Position numbers and translations under genes: made by a program. 64,000 nt of DNA, taken from assembly GCA_964016885.1 (NCBI GenBank), contig OZ024740.1, positions 232,562,001-232,626,000 on the forward strand, given 5' to 3'. Below are positions 12,225 through 26,477 of the stretch, piece by piece. Below the pieces are notes generated by a model, which saw only the letters and a list, made by a program, of their open reading frames with translations, searched no databases and had not been told where the DNA came from. Positions within the stretch are counted from its first letter, which is position 1, and each line of letters opens with the position of its first letter. This DNA is from Eledone cirrhosa. Taxonomy: Eukaryota.

Positions 12225-14787
12225 AAAATATAATATCAGTAGATATTCCATGTGTCCAATGTGGTTTGTAGATAGCTGTGAATTTATCTCCTCGAAACTA
12301 AGGTTAACCTTTAATGAATTTTGTCATATCTACTCACTAATACTAGAATTATTTTGTTTTCGCGTGAAACAAATCATATCGGCTTACAAAGTCTCTCCAA
12401 AGTTCACTGCAGGTGCCAATAGTATTATCCGCTCGACAAACGGGACCCTCGCATTTTAGTCCTTCAGAATAATGCTATGTCAAGACATTTAAGTGTTACT
12501 TTTCTATGTATTATTTTCAAGGATCCACATCATCTCTATCTCGAGAAACCGATGTTTGGTTAAGCACAGCTTGATATAGACGACGCTCAGTTACAATACT
12601 TTGCCGTCTTTGGAATTTCTTCATTGGTAAGATGATCGTGGTAAGTGATCCATAATATTCTATGTAAACATCGGTGGTAAAAACAACATTGAAGTTTCTC
12701 TGTGCGACTCCATAAACGTTCCTGTATGTTTCATGTAAGAATAGTGATCGTTTCTTTTTTATTTCTGGTTTCAATTCTTTACATTTATAGAAGAAGCATT
12801 CCTTGGATTATTGTAAAGGATTTACTAATCCTATAAATTACACATGCCTCAATTACATTTTCTTTGCCGAATGTGATGAAGTACTCTATTTCATCTGTTA
12901 GTTGGCGATCGTCTTGTTTAGAACTAGATTAGCGCTGAATAAACATAGCTCTGATCAAAGGCATTTCAGACATGAATATGCCATTTTGCTTTAAGGTATT
13001 ACACATATGACTACATTATCTAATGTGCCCTTTTCTTTTCAAACACTATACGATATGACATGAGTTGATTATTTCTAACAAGTCGAGAAACCATGTAGAA
13101 ATTCCATTCGAAGCTTTTGTATCTAATTGGTATTTCTATTATAGATAGACCTGTGGTAATTAGTATCATATTAACCACCTTTGTACAAATTGTCCAGCAA
13201 AAATACTCATGAGTTTTTGTCCTGACTTGGCTAGAAGACAATACCCATTTTGTATTACCCATTACGCCGATGTTCAATATCATCTCACAATATATGGAAA
13301 TGTGTGCTTATCTATGACAGATCACAGTGAGAGTGACCACAAAATTAGTAATTACAAAGCAACCCCCTTCTACTCTATTGTCACCTATCATGTTATATCT
13401 TAACCCGAATGTTTACTATACATACAGTATTCAGCTGTTTACAGATACCCTTCGCGCTGAGAATACTACAATTTAATGAAAATGCATATACACTCATAGC
13501 GTCAAACCTTTTCAATTAATGTTTACATATATAATTTGAGCCATGTTGGCTTCTAAATCGAGCGGATACGCTGCCGGAGACAGGTAACAATTTATATCTT
13601 TATCTATCTACCTATTTCGTCTCTCCTTCTTTTCCCCGCTCTCTCTCTATTTTTGTTTCCCCCATTATCACCACCCTTGTTGTTGCCACTGCTGCTACTG
13701 CTACTTCCGCTCTCTTGTCGCCTACCGGTGCTTCCGTTACCATTAGAATACCAGAGAGCCTCTTTTCTTGTACCACTCCTTAGCATGGATGTAGTCCAAT
13801 GCTTTCTTGTTCCTCTATTCTAGCGTCAGTAAAACAGAAATTTAAGTTCTGTTGCGCGGGCAAGATTTCTATACATGGTCCTTCTTCGACCGCGAGAAAT
13901 TATGTTAGTCTTGATAGAAGCTGATGATTCATATGACGAGAAAGTTCTTTTTCTTGTTAGTTTACTTTCTAGGAGACCAAATGAATCTCCGCTACAGAGT
14001 TAAGAACAAAGTAAATAAATACAATACAGAAGTAATAGGAACAAATACACGCAAACAGATACGTACATACACAAGCATACGCAAAACCTTACCATGGGTA
14101 TACAAAACCACGCACATATAAATATGTGTGTGTGTGTATGCTCGTGTACAAATAAATAAATAATTATATAAACGTATATAAGTAAATAAATACGTATATA
14201 ACAAGCGCACACGCATACCTACATATAAATACACGAATGTTCGGAGACGTAAGTCAACTAAAACAAGAAGTACACATACACACACCCACCATACGTACGA
14301 ACCTGCACACTCACGCGGACACAAAACTCCCGTATACACATAGCCAAACCCTAAATACCAGAATATGTAAAAATGATACGCTATAACAGTCAAATATACG
14401 TACGAGAAGGTATACATACCTGTAGCGGAGATTCATTTGGTCTCCTAGTTAGAATTTTAGTCTACGATTTCTGCTATACCATTTACGTGGTTTTGTCTTT
14501 GCGTGCTATTGTTCTCCACGCTCCACATATGACTTATTATCTTCGTTTTTTCGTTCATTGCCAGAGAACGTCTCTATGCACCACTTAAGAGAACATTAGT
14601 CTACGACCTCTTTTATACCATAAACGTGGTTTTGTCTGCGCGTAATTGTTTTTCACCGCTCCTATTAATGACGTATTATTCGTTTTTTCCCGTTCTTTGC
14701 CAGCGAACGTTACTCGTCTTCCTGTCTTCCTCCGGTTGCAACGTTTTTTTGAAATATCCAGTTCTGCGTTTACAGATTGACTTTGTT

Positions 14788-14838
14788 AGTTTCAGAAGAT
14801 CCCGTTAAGGGTGAAAGCAGCGATTCTTTGCTTAAACT
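14788..14838 (+). ncRNA. Degenerate type I hammerhead (U4 changed to A)
   Basis: agttt CAGAAGA tccc gttaa gggt GAAA gca..tgc TT aaact. Confidence 0.5.
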
Positions 14839-15229
14839 TTAATCTGTTATTTTAATAAATATTTGCTCTACGGTTCTTATATATTTGATATATATTTTCC
14901 TTATCGAGCCCTCTTTGGATTTTAGTCTTCAATTTTATTATTATTACTATATATATATATATATATACACGCTGTTTTAAAGCTTTCATTTCGTAAGCGG
15001 GACTCAAATGCAATGCCTGCACAAATTCAGCTTGATTTGAGGTGCAATGTATGTGGCCGATTTCTTCTAACACGAGCTAGTTTTGTTAACCCTCTGAAAT
15101 CACATGAGCTGGGGATAAATCGAGCCAACTGTGAGATCATTCTACTCCACAGCATATTTGCAGTGGGTGTGTCTTAATTTGGAAGTCAGAGGTTGGACTG
15201 ACCATATACAGTAAAATGAAAGAAAACAC

Positions 15230-15380
15230 ACCCGAGCCGGTATTGGCAGGAGACAGACAGTTCAAGTGTCACATCTGCGAACGTATTTGAAAAACAGAAG
15301 CTGGTCTGAAAATTCACTTGCGTGCACATGACCGTGCGATGTTCAATGAAGGGATGGCATTCTTCTCACAAGGAGTAGCA
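15230..15380 (+). mobile_element. RTE/BovB-like 3' end (C2H2-like remnant)
   Basis: FKCHICERI*KTEAGLKIHLRAH, similar to the 3' end of 27079-27621. Confidence 0.5.
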
Positions 15381-15431
<51 letters not shown>

Positions 15432-15437
15432 TGTGTG

Positions 15438-15827
15438 TTATAAATAAAAATACCGTATTTCTTTAGAAATACGAAATTCCAATGCATTTCTGTATACAGC
15501 TATGCCCAAAGCTAAATTCTAATTCTGTTCTATTGTAAGTTGAGCCAACTTATACGGCTTCGTACGCAAATGAGATTCATCACATCAATTACACAGACGA
15601 AAAAAACATATATTCTCGCCTATTATCAAGTTCAGCAGTTGCAAGAGCTGTTTGGATCGTCCTGATGAGGACCAGTTCAGTTCGAAATTCATGGATTACC
15701 AGGTGGCGATAGCCAGCGATGTTTTTCCATGGCTACGGCTTTTATAAACAAACTATATTTCTTTACAAATACGAAATTCCAATACATATCTGTATACAGC
15801 TATGCCTGAACGAAGCTAAATTCTAAT

Positions 15828-15830
<3 letters not shown>
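15438..15830 (+). mobile_element. 300-bp-period terminally redundant element with degenerate hammerhead
   Basis: tatttcttta.aaatacgaaattccaat...aagctaaattctaattct occurs at 15456 and 15756. atcgtc CTGATGA ggac..gttc GAAA ... ggcgat at 15656-15710. Confidence 0.55.
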
Positions 15831-15915
<85 letters not shown>

Positions 15916-15931
15916 TATATATATATATATA

Positions 15932-16286
15932 TCTTTATATATATATATAAAAGCGAGGATGTGTGTGTGTCTGTGTACAACTTTGGAAACCTAAGGCTTT
16001 TACAATTACCAACCGAATTTGATAAAACTTTCTGTGCACGTTGCACAGGTCACTAAGATGGTCACATCACAAAAACCAATCAACCCACGTTGAGCAATAA
16101 AAAATTGATATCAAAATTATCGGTAGCAAAATTGATGTAAGGGAGATAACCAACTTTATTGACAATCCTTATAAAGAGACTGCTTGTTTTGACAGGTTGG
16201 GGACAAATAAGGTACTTCTTTTACTTCCTAGCTGTATATTCTTAGCATAATTTCAAACCACGAGCAACGCCGGGTAAATCTGCTAG
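15932..16286 (+). mobile_element. Non-autonomous Helitron-like element
   Basis: 5' A|TCtttatatata...aaaagcgagg; 3' cgagcaacgccgggta...gCTAG|T. Inserted at an A|T site with no TSD. Confidence 0.65.
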
Positions 16287-16562
16287 TATATATATATTTA
16301 TATATATATGGAAAAAAATGAAATTTCATTTCTCACTCTTAGTACGGCTGATACTTAAATATAAGTATGTACACGTACATATATATATGTATACAGACGT
16401 ACAGTAGTATGTATATATATACATACATGCACACATATATATATATGTACGTATAGATCATTTATTATAATGTTCGGTTTGTTTGTAAACAAACAGCCCG
16501 AATTACGACGTACAGTGCTTCGCAACCATCGTCGCCCTTTTGTTCAACACTAACACAGGAAA

Positions 16563-16601
16563 GATGTACTAGTTTCAAGCTTATTAGCTATCGTCAGCAT
16601 C
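16563..16601 (-). ncRNA. Minimal type I hammerhead
   Basis: gatg CTGACGA tagct aata agctt GAAA ctag TA catc. Confidence 0.8.
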
Positions 16602-17083
16602 GTATACCTTTCTGTCAGATGATTGAACCTTTGAAAGTATATACTTTCCTTATGCATATTAACGACGGAGCAGCTTAATTTGCATATCGTGTGAGTTAGT
16701 CGGCCGGGCATACCGAATGCGATAAATGGAAAAAAATGAAATTTCATTTCTCACTCTTAGTACGGCTGATACTTAAATATAAGTATGTATACGAACATAT
16801 ATATATATATATGTATACAGACGTACAGTAGTATGTTTTTTATAATACATACATGCACACATATATATATATGTACGTATGGGTTTACCGAACATTTATT
16901 ATAATGTTGGGTTTGTTTGTAAACAAACAGCCCATCAGCCGTACTAAGAGTGAGAAATGAAATTTCATTTTTTTCCATTTATCGTTTTCAGTACGCCCGG
17001 CCGACTATCTCACTGGATATGCAAATTAGGGTGCTCAGCCGTTAATATGCATAAGGAAAGTATATACTTTCAAACGTTCAATC

Positions 17084-17122
17084 TGTGTTGATGACAGCTA
17101 AGAAGCTAGAAACTAGTTCATC
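17084..17122 (+). ncRNA. Minimal hammerhead, diverged inverted copy
   Basis: tgtg TTGATGA cagct aaga agcta GAAA ctag TT catc. Confidence 0.55.
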
Positions 17123-17328
17123 GTTCCTTGGTCAGTGTTGAACAAAAAGGCAACGATGGTTGCCGAACACTGTACGGCTTAATTCGGGCTGTTTGTTTAC
17201 AAACAAACCGAACATTATAATAAATGTTCGGTAAACCCATACGAACAAATATATATATATATATGTGTGCATGTATGTATGTATATACGTACTACTGTAC
17301 GCCTCTATACATATATATGCGTACGTAT

Positions 17329-17438
<110 letters not shown>

Positions 17439-17524
17439 TGCAAGTCATTTGTGTATAAATACATAAATATATTTTCATATTACTAGATTCTAATTTCTCC
17501 ATCTTTTATGTGATTTGGCTTTGC

Positions 17525-17556
<32 letters not shown>

Positions 17557-17643
17557 CTGTGTGTGTATGTGTGTGTGTGTGTATGTGCGTGTGCGTATAC
17601 CAAGTGTTGTGATGCCAGTGTGTATATGTACGTATGTCTACTA

Positions 17644-17730
<87 letters not shown>

Positions 17731-18656
17731 ACCTCGCACTTTCCCTATCTATTTTTTTTCTTTCTTTCCGTAAGTTTTCCATTTCTGACCCAACGTCCCC
17801 ACTAACTGTTTCTCTTCGTCTCACGACTCTCATTGCCGTTCTACTTACTTATAATCCTTAACCTTTCACTCCATTGCCTCCTTCCTTTTCTCCCCCTCCC
17901 CTGCTCACCCGTGTCAGATGGCAATCGTTTGTTGTTATAAGGCGCTGTTTATTCAATCTAAGTACGAAGCTGACCTGCCGGCGTGCTAGAGCTATGCGCA
18001 CTTGTGAAACACGCTCAAATGAAGTAAAAGGGGAGTGAAAACTAAGATACATTCACCATCGGTCCAAGAAAAACTTTATTCTTGCTGTCTGATTTGATAG
18101 ATCGACTGTCTCTCTACATAGCACCTGTTAAGCTGACAAGCAGAAGCGAAACGGTTGGAGTGGAAGCGACGCCTGGTGGTAATAAGGGAATGTAAAATTT
18201 ACAAACGGGGAGCAAGTATGAATAGAAACATTTGTTCATCTAGTTACCTAAATGGAAATTAGCTTTTAGCCATATCACATCATGTTACACAGGTATATTT
18301 TCGTGGCTAAAATTTTATTCATCTAGTCTTCAAATAGGTGAATCTATAACAATTAGAGTCCATCCCAAACTCGTCACATTACTGCAGTTTGTATTCAGCT
18401 ATAACGTGTGCATGTTCATACAAGCATACTGACAACCTTTCTTTCAGTAATGAAAATATTGGACTCCATTAGCCTATGTCGCTTTTCCTTTTAAGTGTGT
18501 ATCTAATTCTAGGTCTATTTAGCTGTTATTTCCAACATATTGACCGGTTGATCAGTGCATTCTCTTTAGTATTTACAAATTAATATTCTTACCTTTATTT
18601 AGCCCCACATTCTAGCAAACCTATGATCACAGACATCTTGACAATCGAATTATATA

Positions 18657-19354
18657 CACTAATCCCCCGCTATATCGCAGTTCGCTTTTCGCTGTCCCGC
18701 TACATCACGGATTTTTCTTTGAAATGTATCTAATTTCCTATCACGGTGATCCTCATTACATCACGGATTTTTCTTTGAAATGTATCTAATTTCCTATCAC
18801 GGTGATCCTCATTACATCACGGATTTTTCTCTGAAATGTATCTAATTTCCTCACTAGATCGTGGATTTTTCATTTGAACATATCTATTTTCTTTTCGAGG
18901 TTCGTACGTCTGAATAAAAAGTGTTTAAATTTTAAACTTATTAAATAAGTTTCGATGTGATTGAAGGGGCATCTTAAGGCTTTAACTATAAAAAAATATG
19001 TTTTATTTTTCATTCCATTACTGTTTTACTGATTGTGTTTTTCTCTAATCAACTACAAATCCTTCATAGATTGACGGGAGATGTGTAATGTATTCCCAAG
19101 CGGCTAACGTGGCTGGTAATGGTGCGTCATTGGTAACTAGTGGTACGATCGTTAGTGGTTGTTTCTATACGATCGTTACTGGCTATTTTTGGTGTTTAAA
19201 TACAAAAGTGTGTTTTAATGAGTTTATATGTACTTAAAACGTGTAGGAGATTTAATTTAAGGCTTAAGCTATGAACACAACGGTTGTCTTTATGGTCTCT
19301 CTATATCGCGGTTGGTTCTGGAACGTATCCCTCGCGATAAACGGGGGATTACTG
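18657..19354. mobile_element. Tc1/mariner-pogo (Tigger-like) MITE with internal 56-bp tandem repeat
   Basis: TIRs ca(c/g)taatcccccg..tatcgc, TA on both sides. 56-bp units start at 18701, 18757 and 18813. Confidence 0.75.
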
Positions 19355-21281
19355 TACTAGCACATAGTATATGAAAAACTACATTATCTAATATGTCCTT
19401 TTTAAAACGATGTGACAGTTTCATTTCAAAGTTGGCTTCGGAACTATTTAATCCAGGCTTTAATCCCACTGCGCGACCTCATAATATCTCTGGTTGACAA
19501 ATACTTAGATTGAAATGTTGTACATAGAAGCTTCATGGAACTGAGTCGGATGTAAGATCGTGAATGCTAGACATAATTTATCGCCCAATCAAATACCATT
19601 ATCTGGGCAATGCATGCATCTAATGAAGTTCACCTCATAAGCTTTATGACATGGGGTCCTGCCTGCAAGTAACTATTGTCATTAATGTGTGATTTCTAGA
19701 AATGTTCATAGCCGATGTCCTTCATTGCCTCCCTTTTCATTTTTACATGCATTATCCTATTTTACATAAACCTATTGGAGATGGAAGCCTGCCTACAACC
19801 TATCGATCATTTCCCATTCTAATATCAGAATTGCGTTAACAATTGTTACAAAGAATCATGTAGTGTATTACTATGAATCCTTTTTCCCTACGAAACAACC
19901 ACTGTTATGATTTCCCAAGTTCCAAAATTCCGAGAAATAGTTTCTTACATCAAACATCACCTTGGTCTTTTGCCTTTGAGAACCTCAGCAGAAATAAATG
20001 TATCTCTTGGCAACAATATTTCACTGAATCTAGTAAGAAAAAATTCTAAAGAGTCTGCTGAACGGTATAAATCGTTTTTTTTTGTTTATCTCCCTGACTA
20101 AAAGTTCTGTCAGACTAAATCATCGATGTGCTTGTCGGTGGACGCATCTCCGACTCACATGCTTCGTTCTTCTGTACATAGGCGAGAACAACGAAAACAA
20201 TTTGAAATGAAACTACATAACTAAAGCATGCCGTCTGACTAACAGGAAAATCTACCCTTGACAACGCAATACAGCCATTAGCATACCGACTTGCAGTGTC
20301 ATAACACAGTCGTTTTACAAAGTTGTTTTTGCAACTGGTGCTGCCGCTGTTGATTGTAATATCAGCCACAGGTCATCCAATAACAAATTAACCTATGATA
20401 AAACATTCTATTCATGACAACACCATCTTTTCAGGATGTCTAGGCTGACATTATCTAATATGTCCACCTGATGGTTAAGATTATTTGATGGAGATTTGAC
20501 CATGGATACAAGGTCAAATCATCAAGAAATCCTATCCCTTGGAATTGAAATAGCTGAATCAGTAAAACCACCGCCATGACTAGAGTTGGGATCATGGTTA
20601 TCTTTGTTTGTTTCACCTCTCAATAATCGTAACTATGTTTATATTATAAAAAGACGCCAAATTTGCAGAAGACGGGTAAAGGCGAGGGAAATAAAGAGAG
20701 TATATAAATTTACAGATGATCTAAAAATTGTTGAATCTAAATATTCACTCATACACACATATATACACGCATACACACATACACACACATACACACATAC
20801 ACACACATACACACACAATCACATACAGAGTTAGAGACAAATACATCGAGTCATAATTATTACACGGTTATATCTTTATATATAAATGTATGTGTGTATA
20901 TAGTTGCGTGCGTAAAAATCCGGTTGACTTAAAGAGCTTTAGGAAAACTTGAAAATTAAAATGTAGTTGATTCACTGCTAATAACTATGACAATAGTCGA
21001 TCACAATGAAAATCAGGTAAAGTATCACTGGAGACGGAAATAAATTTGACAGAGACGTCCGCGAGGAATTCAAGCCTGCACCCTCGAATGTTGGGCAGAA
21101 ACATTAACCATTACTTCAAGGGTTCCCTCGCCAACAATTGCCGTCTTTTAGAAAATGTTATGTTTGTAGCTTGTAGCTAGAAGTGTAAACATCTGGTTGA
21201 CTTAAAATTTGGGGGAAAGTTTAAAACTTGAAATATAGTCGTTAGAACGTAGGAGACTATGAAAATAGTCGAACATTATAA

Positions 21282-21465
21282 ATAATTGTTTCTACTTTAG
21301 GCACAAGTCCTGCAATTACCCAGTGCATTACTGGTACTTTATTTTATCGACCCCGTAAGGATGAAAGGCAAAGTAAACCTCGGCGGGATTTGAACTCAAA
21401 TCGTAAAGGGACGTAACTATGCTGGAAAGCATGGCGTCCGACCCTCTACCGATACTGCCAATCCA
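21282..21465 (-). mobile_element. tRNA-derived SINE
   Basis: Same family as 3394-3578. Confidence 0.85.
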
Positions 21466-22340
21466 AATAAATAATAGTTGAGAAAACCGGGTAAAGTAAT
21501 CCTGGTTTGGAAAAAATGTGGATACCCTTATCTATTACGAATCAAACCTCACATCTTTTGGATGCCGGGTGAGGTGGTTAAATATTAACTTCTAAAAGCT
21601 GGCAATTTGTGTCCAAGCACTCTATAGCGTAACGGTTAAAACGCTTGCACGTTATTCGAGAGGTGCAGAGGTTAATTCCTCAGAGGTACCTCTGTGTATC
21701 TTTGTCAGTCGCAAAATGTACTTTACCCGATATTTTCAACTATAATCATAGTCATTTCCCCTGGGAAAAATATGTTTCATACACACACACACACGCACAC
21801 ACCCACATACACACACACACGCATACACACACACACACACATATATATATACAAATATAAATTAGCGAGAATCGTATTTCAGCTCAGGAATTAACGAAAA
21901 TCAACGTCCGATATGTATATATATATATATATACATACATACATACATATGCATCCACATATATCTTGAATTGAATAATCGCCCCCTTCCTCTGCTTATT
22001 AATTTTTCAGATTTTTTGCAACCCCACCGCTTATATTCCACCCCACTTCCACCCCGCTTATTAAATTTTGCTACGCTATCCCCGGCGAAATTTATTGTAA
22101 GTGATTCATCTCGATACACCTGCTGGAAAATCTAATACTAATTTTATTTTACATTAAAAGAAACTCATTATATATGACAATAAAGAACATTAGAAGAAAT
22201 CCCATATTTACGAATATACATTATACCACTACCGATTCTTATAAGAATGTAAGCAAATTTCCAACCACACTATTATTTGGGATTCGTAAGTAGAAAAAAA
22301 AACATAAATACTTATTAAAGAACATTATATCTGGATAAGA

Positions 22341-22529
22341 GGGCGGTGGATTGGCAGTATCGGTAGAGTGTCGGACGCCATGCTTTCCAGCATAGTTACG
22401 TTCCTTTACGATCTGAGTTCAAATCCCGCCGAGGTTGACTTTGCCTTTCATCCTTACGGGGTCGATAAAATAAAGTACCAGTAATGTACTGGTTAATTGC
22501 TGGCCTTGTGCCTAACGTAGAAACAATTA
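22341..22529 (+). mobile_element. tRNA-derived SINE, apparently full length
   Basis: Starts ggcggtggattggcagtatcggtagagtgtcggac; B-box, core and tail present. Confidence 0.88.
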
Positions 22530-22919
22530 TATCTGGATGAGAGTCATGAATAATTTGTAGATGAATATGATATAACATTCAGTAGGATTCGCAAGAGAAA
22601 GCGAATTAAAATAAACTTCAAACCATAATATGAATTTGAAAAACATTAAAAATGAATTTGGCAGAACATCTTAAGACTTCTAAAGCGCCATCGTACTGCG
22701 TTGTTGACCTTGACGTCAAAGTGAAGAGTTATTGATAGACTACTATGAAGTCAGAATTGCATTTTGCCTGCACTAAATGACATACCATTAAGGACAGGGG
22801 TACACATTAAAAAATGTATCTCTTTTGCTTTGTTGATTATAATGTTCACACCTCTCCGAGGTTAAACAGTCCAGAAAACCTACATAAGATTTTAAGGTGT
22901 GATGTAGTGAATGTTGTAC

Positions 22920-22975
<56 letters not shown>

Positions 22976-23699
22976 TATATATATATACAAACACACGATG
23001 ATTTGAATTTTCCTTTTTAGGTAGAGAAAGAAAACAAAACATAGCTGCAGTTCTATGCGACTATCATATCAAAATGGAGATGATTTTAAAATATTAAGAA
23101 TTTCTCTCACAAAGTTAGCTGACAACAGTAGAGGAATTCTTATCTTTCATTCTTTTGAGAACATAACACTCACAAACGACAACAATAACACAGGCCGTAC
23201 TATCTACAACCATACAACCAAACTAGCAACAGCAACATCCCAAACAACTCTACTTCCCACGACAGCGCACAGGATAACCCAGCCAACAACAACAATGACG
23301 AAGACGGTTAGAAAAACAAAGCAACAGAATATTCCAATCGCCTAAGTAACTACGACAGCCACACTTATAGACACATAGCGGATTAAAAAATAACAATGAC
23401 ACAAAGGGGAGGGTCAGAAGTAACAATGAGACATGTACGGAATATAGGGACAGTGACAATAGAAGTAGACAGACTCATGCAGCTGTTCATGAAGAAAGGG
23501 ACAACACAACTGATACAAACAACAGAGCAATCAATACTCCTTTAAACTCCATTTTCTTTAGTCCATCCGACAAAAGCTTAGACATGAGCCGTAATTATCC
23601 GACGGCACTACCTTTTAATAAAGGAATCTGCATTACACAATAAGTCCATCATCAAACTGAGGCTCAATTTACAATAACTAGGACTTAACTTAGACAGAT

Positions 23700-24710
23700 T
23701 CATGAACACCATAATAGGAAAAAGTAGGATAGAAGACCAGCAACCTGGTGCGAAATCCGCAAATGGCTTGCATGAACTCGTCCAACAAATTAGAAATGGA
23801 GAGATTGTGTGCTTCTCAATAGACAAGTCTTGCAAAATCTCAGTAGACAACCTTCCAACTATATCCAGGCAATTCAACACCTGGTCATCAACATAAGAAA
23901 ATCAACATCACAAGAGCATGAGGAAAGAGATGAAATGTGCAATGCGCACATGATGAGGTCTAGCATGAAGAAGCCGAACAAACCGGTAAAAGTATCCAGG
24001 CTTGAAACAATGATATAGCGATGTTGTATGGAGTTCGCAAAGATCATAAAACAAATGATCCGGTCACATAGTGATCCGGTCACAGGACCATGAACATAAC
24101 CCCCTTATGGAATCAACATTGTCTAGCAACTAAATACTCTCCTACCTATTTTCCATGATAATATGCCCCATAATTAAAATGTCCTCGGATATATATGACA
24201 GCAAAGATCTCTCCAGTGGAATCAATGAATGCAGCCTATCCGAGGAATTAATAGGCTGTATAGTATGACGGTTGTATGTAGTACCCCTATATCTATCCAT
24301 TGACGTGAATTTTATTGTAGCAAATCCATGGAAAAATCAGTGAGAAGTTGGTAGATTTCCGTGGGATGAAACACAAGACCGCTGAAATTCCTACTTAGAT
24401 TTACGTGGGATAGGGAATATCAAGATACATACGACCTTAGCAGTATATATCCCACTTGGCCAGGATGTGGTAGACCACTAACCATAATCTCATTGGCTAA
24501 ATTACCACATAGAAAGATGGAGCGAGTGAACCAGAGCGACACGTACCGCCGAAAACCTCGACCTAATAAGGAAATACATCGCACAAGCGGTGGGAGTCAT
24601 TATAAGATTAACACTTAAGGGGCATATGTTTAAGTACAATTGCAAAACATATGACCATGGAAAGGGGGCGGTTATTGGTGAAAGCATTGCTTGTTCAATA
24701 AGTTGGATGA
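23700..24710 (+). pseudogene. Highly decayed Penelope-like RT (second family)
   Basis: NGEIVCFSIDKSCKISV (PLE DK motif), VVPLYLSIDV (like LYPSI), HMFKYNCKTYDHGKGAVIGESIA (like Y.Q..G..IG). Confidence 0.55.
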
Positions 24711-24799
24711 AACATTTGTTAATTAAAATATGATATAATTAGCAGTGTTTTGTTTTATTTCCAATGTGTATAAATACACACACACGCACACACACAGAT

Positions 24800-24859
<60 letters not shown>

Positions 24860-25244
24860 GTGGTTACATAAGAGTTAGTTCACCATACCGAGTGTGTGTA
24901 ACCACTTCTACCTAACTCGTCCCATGGACTGAGTGCTCCTCCACTACGGATATTACCTTCCAGTGTTCCACCACTATATATATATATATATATATATTGT
25001 TATACTTTGGGAGGGTCATGTTGCCAATAAGAAACACACGCACCAGTTGCTTTCACTTCAATTTATTATATATTTATAAATTTATAAATTTACAATATAT
25101 ATATATATATTGTAAATTTACAACATATATATATATATGTCTGTGTGTGTATATATATATGTGTGTGTATATATATGTGTATAAATATATATATATATAT
25201 ATGATAATAAGGGCGCTGCGGAGTTGCAAATGGGTTACATATGA

Positions 25245-25548
25245 AAAAAGTTTGTCCTTCATCAGTGATCTTCCAACCATCATAGGCATTTCATCGCTTT
25301 AAAGACCATATACCTCCGGTTGGTGCGAGCAACGGCTAAAAAAAGTCGTTGGGACACGTAAATAAAGGGGATGCGAGGGTAAACAAACAAAATTGTGAAG
25401 TAACAAAGTGAGGAAGAAAGAGACAAGTCCCAGATTTGTATGAATTTAAATTCGGTGAAATCGTGAACGAGAGAATAAAGACCATCAAACCTAGTTGAAA
25501 TGTGAGCAAGGAAGGAATTTCGCACAGGTCTAACGGGAGGAAGAAGGG
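25245..25548 (-). mobile_element. Dispersed repeat copy (Penelope 3'-end-like)
   Basis: Reverse complement of 45675-45990. Contains gatca CTGATGA agga with no recognisable GAAA half. Confidence 0.6.
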
Positions 25549-25647
25549 GTATATATATATGCATAACATAATTTAATTTGGTATCCCTGAAATATGTATA
25601 ATGAAATAAATATGGCTTTATAAATATAGTTTCCATTTATTAATATC

Positions 25648-25706
<59 letters not shown>

Positions 25707-25799
25707 GGGATAGATACTTGTAGAATAAGAAAGAGAAAGCGAAAGAGAAAATCAAAGTGAGTGACGCAGAGAGAAAGGGGGTAAATAAGAGAGAGCAAG

Positions 25800-25838
<39 letters not shown>

Positions 25839-26325
25839 AAAAGGGAGTACGCGATGGCTGTGTATGTCCTTCTCTGTCAAGTGAAGTCACCAGACAATAG
25901 GATATCATATTTCATTACCACTAAACATCAGATGACGCTACTCAGGGCTTTAGTTTTGAATTTAATTTATTTTCATCACCCATCGCGACCTATGTATGAA
26001 ATGTTACTACCAGCTGGGCACCAGGCAGATCACATACAAACACTCCTTCACAAGCGCACAAACGCACTGATACATACAAGTCCAATTGATATTCACACGT
26101 ATGCAAACACAGAGACATACAAATGCATATATAAATATAAATACGTACATATCTATGGATATATATATATATATATATATCTGTCTCTGTCTCCCTCTCT
26201 CTGAACACACACACACACACGCGCCGGCGCACACACGCATACATACACACGCACACACACACACACACACACACATTCACACGCACACACACGCACACAC
26301 ACACACACGCACACATACACACACG

Positions 26326-26367
<42 letters not shown>

Positions 26368-26477
26368 GAGAGAACAAGAGAGAGTGAGAGAGATACATAT
26401 CTACATAAAGGCGGTTTTACAACATGGCCGCAGTCCAACGACTGAAAACAATAAGGATGTAAATGAGTACGTATCAT

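Larger units (their letters stand above)
16308..17310. mobile_element. 418-bp-period hammerhead element (~1.5 units) plus inverted copy
   Basis: 16308-16499 is repeated at 16726-16933. 16934-17310 is an inverted copy. Flanked by (TA)n. Confidence 0.7.

Noticed and set aside
18701-18860. CRISPR-like repeat array
   Set aside because: It is a contiguous 56-bp tandem repeat without unique spacers, inside a eukaryotic MITE.
19370-20580. Possible decayed coding sequence (ORF 20115-20369)
   Set aside because: No recognisable motif or splice structure.
22341-22430. tRNA gene
   Set aside because: The A and B boxes belong to a SINE head continuous with the SINE core, and no complete cloverleaf forms.
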